Shown here piece by piece: positions 53,324-59,852 of a stretch of 59,852 nucleotides of DNA. This DNA comes from Candidatus Nomurabacteria bacterium. Its GTDB lineage: Bacteria; Patescibacteriota; Minisyncoccia; Phycocordibacterales; UBA918. Below the pieces are notes generated by a model. That model was not told where the DNA came from. It saw only the letters and a program-made list of their open reading frames with translations, and searched no databases. Position 1 is the first letter of the stretch; every line of letters starts with the position of its first letter. Both the position numbers and the translations under genes were made by a program. The stretch covers positions 1 through 59,852 of the forward strand of contig JACKGI010000004.1 of NCBI GenBank assembly GCA_020632015.1, in the 5' to 3' direction.

Positions 53324-54196
53324 ATGAAAAATAGACGTAGACTGATTGATGCAGATACATTGGTTTTGCTTAAGCAAATCGGTATTGGTTTGTTAGTGAT
53401 TGGAGTTGTGGCTCTTGTTTTTAGTGCTATTTGGTATGGTACTCGTTTGTCTGTTCTTACGATTTCTTCAGTGCATATTGAAGGAGGCGAAACAGTTAGA
53501 CATGACATAGTAAGAGAAAAGGTGGAAGGAAGGTTGGAGGGTACATATTTGGGTTTAATCCCCAAACGGTTTGCTTGGTTGTATCCCAAAGAAGAAATTA
53601 CTGAGACAGTAAACAGCATAGAGAGGCTTCACAACGTAAAGGTGGTTAGGAAAAGGAGGACTGAGATATTTGTCACTTTTGATGAATATAGACCTCGGGC
53701 CCTTTGGTGTAAGAGTGTCGAAGGAGAAGAGTGCTTATTTGTTGATACGACCGGCTATGCTTTTGGAAGTGCTCCAAAACTTTCTGGCGGTAGTTTTTTG
53801 CGTTTTGTAAAAAACGGAGAAGAAGCCGAGGTAGGTAATCAGCTGGCTAGTCAGGCCGAGTTTGATTCTTTGTTGATGCTGGCAGATTTGTTGGCTGGGC
53901 ATGACTGGTACGTATCTCACATTGAACTTGATCAGGTTGGAGATGTGTTTATAAAAATAGTAGGTGGAGGAGAGTTGAAGGTGGTGGCTTCAGAATCGCC
54001 AGAGAAAATTCTAGAAAACCTACTGACTGTTTTAGCCTCTGAGGATTTTTCTCATATTAAACCCGGTAACTTTCAGTATATTGACTTACGTTTTGGAAAT
54101 AAGGTCTTTGTAAATGAAGAAATCGCCGTTCCCGAAGAGGAAACGGCGATCGAAAGCGCTAGTTCAACTATTGAAGATATCACCTCCGATAATTAA
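53324..54196 (+). CDS. ftsQ: FtsQ/DivIB-like cell division protein (TM anchor plus POTRA)
   Basis: An N-terminal TM helix followed by a POTRA-like ISSVHIEGGETVRHDIV segment. Confidence 0.6.
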   Translation: MKNRRRLIDADTLVLLKQIGIGLLVIGVVALVFSAIWYGTRLSVLTISSVHIEGGETVRHDIVREKVEGRLEGTYLGLIPKRFAWLYPKEEITETVNSIERLHNVKVVRKRRTEIFVTFDEYRPRALWCKSVEGEECLFVDTTGYAFGSAPKLSGGSFLRFVKNGEEAEVGNQLASQAEFDSLLMLADLLAGHDWYVSHIELDQVGDVFIKIVGGGELKVVASESPEKILENLLTVLASEDFSHIKPGNFQYIDLRFGNKVFVNEEIAVPEEETAIESASSTIEDITSDN

Positions 54197-54516
54197 AAGA
54201 ACCTTTCGCAGTAATGGCAGACAATATCATACAGTTTGTCAACGCTATGTCTAAGAATCGAAAATGTGTTTTTGGCAAGAAAATTCATACACGAGACAAG
54301 GAACATTAAGCCGAAAACTATTGCCAAGCTGATTCCAACAAACATAGAAATGTTTGCGAGGAAGGTTGGTATAGACTCACGGTGGAGTATAGTGGTTGAA
54401 ATAATTGCTATCGGTATAACGCTAAGAAAAAGACTGGCTCCAGCCACGGAAAGACACTTAACCAACCAATGAACTTCATCATTTTGCACGGTACTTCTCC
54501 TTGCAATTGTGAACAC
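54193..54516 (-). CDS. hypothetical membrane protein
   Basis: 107 aa with three hydrophobic segments. Confidence 0.45.
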   Translation of the reverse strand: MFTIARRSTVQNDEVHWLVKCLSVAGASLFLSVIPIAIISTTILHRESIPTFLANISMFVGISLAIVFGLMFLVSCMNFLAKNTFSILRHSVDKLYDIVCHYCERFF

Positions 54517-54537
54517 CTCTTGTAAAGTACAACGAAT

Positions 54538-55551
54538 ATGAATTTTTGGAAAGACTTACCCAAACCAATATTTACCCTTGCTCCAATGGCGGATGTTACT
54601 GACGCGCCTTTTCGTCGGATGATAGCAAAGTATAGTGCGCACGAACGCAAAGACGGCACTATCGGCGGACCAGACGTAATGTGGACTGAGTTTGTGGCAG
54701 GAGATGGGCTAGTGCGAGCTACTCCAGAAGGAAAGAAACTCCTAATGGCTGATTTGATGTATTCCGAGGAAGAGCGTCCAGTTGTGGCTCAGCTTTTTAC
54801 TAGTAATCCTGAACACATGGAAAAGGCAGCGCGTCTGTGTCTTGAACTTGGTTTTGATGGGGTGGATATAAATATGGGTTGTCCAGATCGCTCAATCGAA
54901 AAACAAGGTTGTGGTTCGGCCATGATAAAAAACCCGGAGAATGCAAGGGAAATTATACGAGCTGCCAAACGTGGAACGAAGATGAATGAAGAGGGAGGTA
55001 TTCCGGTTTCTGTTAAGACTAGAATAGGCTACAATCACGATCAATTAGATGAGTGGTTGCCGGCGATTCTTTCAGAATCGCCAGCCGTGGTCACAGTCCA
55101 CGCTCGCACCAGAAAAGAAATGAGTAAAGTTCCAGCAGATTGGAGTCGAGTAAAAAGGGCTGTCGAGATAAGAAATAAACTTGGTTCAGAAACATTAATT
55201 TTGGGTAACGGAGACGCTTTGTCACTAGATGACGCTAAGGCTAAGGTAGAAGCAACAGGAGCAGACGGGGTAATGCTTGGTCGAGCAATTTTCGGAAATC
55301 CTTGGCTCTTTCATCCGACTAAAGATATCTCAAACATTCCTTTAGAAGAAAGGCTTCGAGTGATGGTAGAACACACAAAACTTTTTGTTGAGCTTTTACC
55401 TTTTAAGAATTTTGCAGTCATGAAAAAGCACTACAAGGCTTATGTAAACTCCTTTGCTGGCGCTAGCGAATTAAGAGCTTTGTTGATGGAAAAGAATTCT
55501 CCAGAAGAAATAGAAAAGGAAGTGGAGATGTTTTTGTCTAAGCAAGGTTAG
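54538..55551 (+). CDS. dus: tRNA-dihydrouridine synthase
   Basis: LAPMADVTDAPFRRM, DINMGCP (catalytic Cys), TVHARTR. Confidence 0.9.
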   Translation: MNFWKDLPKPIFTLAPMADVTDAPFRRMIAKYSAHERKDGTIGGPDVMWTEFVAGDGLVRATPEGKKLLMADLMYSEEERPVVAQLFTSNPEHMEKAARLCLELGFDGVDINMGCPDRSIEKQGCGSAMIKNPENAREIIRAAKRGTKMNEEGGIPVSVKTRIGYNHDQLDEWLPAILSESPAVVTVHARTRKEMSKVPADWSRVKRAVEIRNKLGSETLILGNGDALSLDDAKAKVEATGADGVMLGRAIFGNPWLFHPTKDISNIPLEERLRVMVEHTKLFVELLPFKNFAVMKKHYKAYVNSFAGASELRALLMEKNSPEEIEKEVEMFLSKQG

Positions 55552-55610
55552 GGATACTACTGTGTATAGAAGCGGTACCAAATTAATCAGTCGCTGATAC
55601 ACTAGAAGTA

Positions 55611-55898
55611 ATGAGTGAGATTTTACACGCCAATATATTTTTTGTAATTGCAAGTATCGCAACAATAGTATTTTGCATTTTAACCTGCATAATCCTATTT
55701 CACGTCCTGAAGATTGTAAAAAGTCTACGGACAATAATTGAAAGAATTGAAGCTGGTAGTGAGGTTATTGCAAACGATGTGGCAAACGTAAGAGAGTTGA
55801 TAGCAAACGGTGGGATGCTTTCTAGATTTTTTCAGTTTATAATGGGAGCAACTCGCACTAAGAAACGTTCAAGCAAGCGAGCTTCTTCAAAAGTTTAA
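55611..55898 (+). CDS. hypothetical membrane-anchored protein
   Basis: 95 aa with an N-terminal TM helix and a basic tail. Confidence 0.45.
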   Translation: MSEILHANIFFVIASIATIVFCILTCIILFHVLKIVKSLRTIIERIEAGSEVIANDVANVRELIANGGMLSRFFQFIMGATRTKKRSSKRASSKV

Positions 55899-55908
55899 TT
55901 TATATTTT

Positions 55909-56358
55909 ATGGCACAAAAAAAGAAAAAGGCAGAAATGTCATCAACACAAAAGATTGGGATAGGAGTTGGTCTGACTGCAGCAGCAGTTGCCGCCGCTGG
56001 AACATATTTTTTGTATGGAAGCAAAAGCGCAGCTAAGAATCGAAAGGCGGTGAAGAGCTGGGCTCTAAAGGCAAAAGCAGAAGTACTTGAGAAGCTTGAG
56101 GATGCAAAGGAGATGACTCAAGAAGAGTATGAAGAAGTAATCAATGCTGTAGCTGGAGCATATGCAGGACTAAAAACTGCTTCAAAAGTAGACATTAAGG
56201 CTTTCAAGGATGAAATGAAGGATCATTGGAAGGCTATTGAAAAATCTGCCGCACCGATGAAAAAAACAGCTAAAAAGACAGTAAAGAAAGCAGTAAAAAA
56301 GGCAACAGTAGCAAAGAAGACAGTAAAAAAAGCTGCAAAAAAGACAACAAAGAAGTAA
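55909..56358 (+). CDS. YtxH-like protein with Lys/Ala-rich histone-H1-like tail
   Basis: Gly/Ala zipper helix GIGVGLTAAAVAAAGTYFLYGS followed by KKTAKKTVKKAVKK repeats. Confidence 0.5.
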   Translation: MAQKKKKAEMSSTQKIGIGVGLTAAAVAAAGTYFLYGSKSAAKNRKAVKSWALKAKAEVLEKLEDAKEMTQEEYEEVINAVAGAYAGLKTASKVDIKAFKDEMKDHWKAIEKSAAPMKKTAKKTVKKAVKKATVAKKTVKKAAKKTTKK

Positions 56359-56424
56359 TTTCGTTATACACGGAAATCAATAAAGCGCGCCAATGAGGCG
56401 CGCTTTATTCTGTATCATATAAGT

Positions 56425-57228
56425 ATGAAGACTCTTTTTCTGTCTGCTTTTATATTAGTGTCAATTTTTTCGTTAGTGAATTTTTCTAATTCAACTGTGT
56501 CTGCAGAGTCTGAGACTAATAGTTTGGAACTTAGAGTTTTGACTCAACCATCAATTCAAATCGATGTTGATTCTTACGTGGTGTTTGATATTGAAACTGG
56601 AGAAATTATTTTAAGTCAGAATCCTGATAAAGAATTACCAATCGCTTCCATAACCAAACTCTTTACAGCCAAAAAACTTCTTGAGACAGATTTTAACCAA
56701 AAGATAACCATCACCAGAGAAGATGTGGAGACAGAGGGTCGAGCAGGAAAGTTGTCTGCTGGAGAGGAGTACGAAGCTAAAGAGTTAATATTCCCTCTAC
56801 TTTTAGAATCATCGAATGACGCAGCGACAGCAATAGAAAGAAATATCGGGAAAATTACTCTAGCGGATAAGACTTTATTTGATGGATCTGGATTATCATC
56901 AAGAAATAAATCTACCGCCAAAGAACTTTCTAGTGAGGTTAGAGATATTTATAAAAATCTCCCATATATTTTCGATGTTACTACACTTAAGCAATATGTT
57001 TCAGACAAAAATGGTTGGGTCAATAATTCTCCAGTCCGAGACTTGGAAGGTTACAAGGGTGGTAAACATGGCTTTACCTATGAAGCTAATCGAACTCTAG
57101 TAGCGGTCTTTTCAGAGAAAAAGCTGGATAATAGAGAGTTGGGATACGTACTTCTTGGAAGCGACGACTTACGTTCTGATGTTATAAAATTACGCTCTTT
57201 GGTGGAAGATTCGGTCCGCTTAGAATAA
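56425..57228 (+). CDS. D-alanyl-D-alanine carboxypeptidase (serine peptidase S11-like)
   Basis: Signal peptide, SITK (SxxK), SSN (SxN), KGG (KTG-like). Confidence 0.8.
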   Translation: MKTLFLSAFILVSIFSLVNFSNSTVSAESETNSLELRVLTQPSIQIDVDSYVVFDIETGEIILSQNPDKELPIASITKLFTAKKLLETDFNQKITITREDVETEGRAGKLSAGEEYEAKELIFPLLLESSNDAATAIERNIGKITLADKTLFDGSGLSSRNKSTAKELSSEVRDIYKNLPYIFDVTTLKQYVSDKNGWVNNSPVRDLEGYKGGKHGFTYEANRTLVAVFSEKKLDNRELGYVLLGSDDLRSDVIKLRSLVEDSVRLE

Positions 57229-57246
57229 TTTGCTATACTACTGACC

Positions 57247-58278
57247 ATGTCTATTACTGGAGCTCTGTATCGCAAATATCGACCAAAAGATTTTTCTGAT
57301 GTTAAAGACCAAGCACATATTGTTACTGTTCTAGAGGGTGCTATTAAAAAAGGAGAGATTCCTCACGCATTGCTTTTTTCAGGAACGAGAGGAACAGGTA
57401 AGACTACTTTGGCTCGGATTTTCGCCAAAGCAATTGGTACATCTGATTTAGATATGTATGAAATCGATGCTGCGTCTAATCGTGGTATTGATGATGTGCG
57501 CGAGCTCAAGGAAGCTGTTCATACGCTTCCGTATGAATCAAAACAAAAGGTTTATATTATTGATGAGGTTCACATGCTCACTAAGGAAGCATTCAACGCG
57601 CTTTTAAAGACCTTAGAAGAACCGCCAGAGCACGTAGTTTTTATTCTTGCTACAACTGAAGAAGAAAAGCTTTTAGATACAATTTTATCTCGTTGTCAGG
57701 TATTCAGAATGCATTCTCCGTCACGAGCTGTTTTGGCTGAAACTGTAACTGAAGTAGCAAAGAAAGAAGGTTTCAAGTTGAGTCCAGACGCAGCAGATTT
57801 GATTGCGATTGCTGCTGACGGTTCGTTTCGTGATGCTCTTGGCGTAACTCAAAAGGTCATAATGGCCTCTGGCGATAAGATAGGCGATGCCGATGAGGTT
57901 GCTGCAATTATCGGTGCTCCTAAGGTGGCAATTATCCATAAGCTACTTGAAGGTCTCCATACAAAGAACCGCGAGAAGGCGCTCGAAGCTGTAGCTGAAG
58001 CCGTAGAAGCTGGAGTAAATATGAAGTTGTTTGCGAGGGTTCTTCTTGAACATGTTCGTGCTGTCATGTTGTTGCGTAATCTGCCATCTAAAAAAGAAGT
58101 TATCTTAGGAGCCTTTGGTACTGAGACGCAAGCCAAAATTGAATCTTACGCTGGAGAGGTTTCACCCTTGAATTCGCATCTCTTACTCAACTTGATAAAA
58201 GCAACTGAGTTAGTGTCACGTTCTCCTATACCACAGGCACCGTTAGAAATTGCCATTATTGAAATAACTGAAGAATAG
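57247..58278 (+). CDS. dnaX: DNA polymerase III subunit gamma/tau (short form)
   Basis: LFSGTRGTGKTT P-loop, IIDEVHML, SRC motif LSRCQ. Confidence 0.9.
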   Translation: MSITGALYRKYRPKDFSDVKDQAHIVTVLEGAIKKGEIPHALLFSGTRGTGKTTLARIFAKAIGTSDLDMYEIDAASNRGIDDVRELKEAVHTLPYESKQKVYIIDEVHMLTKEAFNALLKTLEEPPEHVVFILATTEEEKLLDTILSRCQVFRMHSPSRAVLAETVTEVAKKEGFKLSPDAADLIAIAADGSFRDALGVTQKVIMASGDKIGDADEVAAIIGAPKVAIIHKLLEGLHTKNREKALEAVAEAVEAGVNMKLFARVLLEHVRAVMLLRNLPSKKEVILGAFGTETQAKIESYAGEVSPLNSHLLLNLIKATELVSRSPIPQAPLEIAIIEITEE

Positions 58279-58281
58279 TCC

Positions 58282-58896
58282 ATGGAAATTTATTTGGTCA
58301 GACATGGTGAAACTGGTGGTAATGTTGCGAAAAGGCATCAGGCTGAACATACTTCTATTACCAAACTTGGAAGAGAGCAGGCTAAACAGGCAGCGCTGAA
58401 GATTAAAGAAATCAACCCGACTCACTTATTAACCAGCAATCTTGTTAGGGCGGTAGAGACAGCGGGTATTATTGGTGAGGTTTGCGGTATGGTGCCGGAA
58501 ACAACTGGAAACTTCATCGAGCTAGCAAGACCTAATCACATCTATGGACGACATCATCACAGTATTCAATCCCTTTGGTACTACGCCTTGTGGTACTTCG
58601 GGAGAGATACTGGAGAAAGTGACGGGGGAGAGTCGTATCTTTCCTTGAGACGAAGAATCCGGTTGGCCCAGAAAGAGATAGAGTCTTATCCATCTGATGC
58701 TAGGTTGGTTATAGTTTCACACTCAGTCTTCATAAATATGTTTGTTGCCCATCTTTGTAGCGGTAGACACCTGACACCTTGGCGAGCCATGAAGATATTT
58801 TCTGGAATGCTCAAAATGCCAAATGGTCACATAACAAAAATTTCTTTTAATCCAGAGGCTAGTAAAAAAACATGTGCTTGGGAGAAAGCTGAATAG
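58282..58896 (+). CDS. histidine phosphatase family protein
   Basis: LVRHGETGGN (RHG motif) and IVSHSVF (second catalytic His). Confidence 0.85.
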   Translation: MEIYLVRHGETGGNVAKRHQAEHTSITKLGREQAKQAALKIKEINPTHLLTSNLVRAVETAGIIGEVCGMVPETTGNFIELARPNHIYGRHHHSIQSLWYYALWYFGRDTGESDGGESYLSLRRRIRLAQKEIESYPSDARLVIVSHSVFINMFVAHLCSGRHLTPWRAMKIFSGMLKMPNGHITKISFNPEASKKTCAWEKAE

Positions 58897-58991
58897 GGAG
58901 CTTGAATCTTTGCTAGATTCTGGCAGTATAGTGCGACCAGGGAAGTGACGATTGGGGCGGAAGCAAAGCTTCCGCCCCAAAAAAGATTCTT

Positions 58992-59062
58992 TGCCGGATC
59001 GTCTAATGGTAGGACTGCGGTTTCTGGTACCGTCTATCGGGGTTCGAGTCCCTGTCCGGCAG
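58992..59062 (+). tRNA. tRNA-Gln (anticodon CUG)
   Basis: U1:A72 acceptor TGCCGGA/TCCGGCA, anticodon stem GCGGT/ACCGT with loop TTCTGGT, T-arm CGGGG-TTCGAGT-CCCTG. Confidence 0.9.
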
Positions 59063-59117
59063 CATAATTTAGTTTGACCCCAATGCGCATGCATTGGGGT
59101 CTTACTAAATTACCTGA

Positions 59118-59265
59118 CTACAGGGACTCGAACCGAGACGGCGCGAAGCCCGACGAAATGAAATGGAGTCGGAGCCGTCGAGTGGGGGTCGAGGGAGTGA
59201 GATATTTTGAGTTCAAAGAACGAAAAAAATATCCACGAGAGTGACCGATTCCCTGTCCGGCAGCA
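59118..59265 (+). repeat. tRNA-3'-end-linked hairpin module, copy 4 (downstream of tRNA-Gln)
   Basis: 59120..59134 is a perfect 15-nt inverted copy of the tRNA T-arm (59041..59055). Hairpin at 59137..59179. 59250..59265 is a 16-nt direct copy of the tRNA 3' end (59049..59064). Confidence 0.55.
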
Positions 59266-59451
59266 AGCATGTGAGACAGACCGAGGTCTCCAAAATAGCA
59301 TTATATAGCAACGTACATTTAGAACCCTTCATGAGCACGAACATTCGTGATTTTCAGTGAAAATAGGATAAGTTTATTTCAAGCCATATTATCGGTTCGT
59401 GTTCTTGTTCGGTCAAATTACATGATTCAATAATTTGTTATACTTACACAT

Positions 59452-59852
59452 ATGAAATTACTAGCAGAAATTAGTGAAGGTTCTCTTGGGTTAACTCAAG
59501 AATATGAACAGTTGGGGTCTCAGTACCAACTTCGTAAGAGTGCACGAGTTGTTTTGTTGAACAAAGAAGGTAACATGGCAACACAGTATTTGAATACATA
59601 TACATATCACAAATTACCGGGAGGTGGAGTTGATGCTGGAGAATCAATAGAGGAAGCACTAAAGCGTGAAGTGCGAGAAGAAGTCGGATGCGATTGTGAG
59701 ATTGTCCGACCGGTTGGTATAACTATCGAGTACCGAAACAAATACCAACTACTTCATATCTCATACTGCTATGTTGCAAATGTGGTTGGTGAAATCGGAC
59801 AGTCAGCTCTAGAAGAAGCAGAGATAGAGGAGGGGCAAGAGACATTATGGCT
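59452..59852 (+). CDS. NUDIX hydrolase (3' end outside the window)
   Basis: Nudix box GGGVDAGESIEEALKREVREEVG. The ORF is open to the window end. Confidence 0.8.
   Translation, partial: MKLLAEISEGSLGLTQEYEQLGSQYQLRKSARVVLLNKEGNMATQYLNTYTYHKLPGGGVDAGESIEEALKREVREEVGCDCEIVRPVGITIEYRNKYQLLHISYCYVANVVGEIGQSALEEAEIEEGQETLW

Noticed and set aside
59110-59301. 63-aa minus-strand ORF, and a possible minus-strand tRNA suggested by GGTTCGAGTCCCTGT read on the minus strand.
   Set aside because: The ORF lies entirely within the tRNA-Gln-linked module and has no RBS. The inverted T-arm copy lacks a pairing 5' T-stem strand, an acceptor partner and an anticodon arm.
1-59852. CRISPR arrays, rRNA genes, IS elements with transposases.
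   Set aside because: No regularly spaced direct repeats with unique spacers, no rRNA-like conserved blocks and no transposase-like ORFs were seen anywhere in the window.

Overview
AT-rich (roughly 40% GC by eye), gene-dense bacterial chromosome segment. The gene set looks like a reduced-genome, CPR/Patescibacteria-type organism; this is inferred from gene content and from a family of VirB2/TrbC-like 'pilin' proteins. Most of the window is housekeeping: trxB, ftsZ-ftsA, ybeY, rpsU, a HisRS-like gene, lepB, pth, rpsA, gyrA, trhO, rbfA-infB, a NifS-like desulfurase, clpB, miaA, a 2-Cys peroxiredoxin, parB, rel, topA, dprA, serS, an ftsQ-like gene, dus, a DD-carboxypeptidase, dnaX and 10 tRNA genes. 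There are no rRNA genes and no CRISPR arrays. Three things stand out. (1) Bases 1-5921 hold a tandem array of integrative elements at tRNA-Glu. The complete ~5.07 kb copy is bounded by a 15-bp direct repeat of the tRNA 3' end. It carries a phiX174/pC194-type HUH rolling-circle Rep with a CTTGAT-like nick motif, a large serine recombinase whose ORF reads across the att core, an HNH/EndoVII-type nuclease plus beta-class DNA methyltransferase pair, and an unknown membrane protein. (2) Four tRNA genes (Leu-UAG, Tyr-GUA, Leu-CAA, Gln-CUG) are each followed, after a terminator hairpin, by a 100-190 nt non-coding module. Each module starts with an inverted copy of that tRNA's own T-loop/T-stem, contains a long hairpin, and ends with a 15-22 nt direct copy of that tRNA's 3' end. 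Three of the modules share interior sequence with compensatory changes. tRNA-Tyr also has a mirror-image module on its 5' side. I cannot assign these to any known element or RNA class, and they are my best candidate for something undescribed. (3) Six tandem VirB2/TrbC-like small membrane protein paralogs (22978-25610) plus a seventh fused to a Cys-rich C-terminal domain (39168-40217). Other observations: two ~300-400 nt candidate structured RNAs/leaders with near-consensus sigma70 promoters and intrinsic terminators (16.9-17.2 kb on the minus strand, 48.56-48.96 kb on the plus strand), a phased trio of DnaA-box 9-mers (6733-6764), and a small DnaJ-type zinc-finger protein upstream of clpB. All calls come from reading the sequence and the ORF track; no searches were run.
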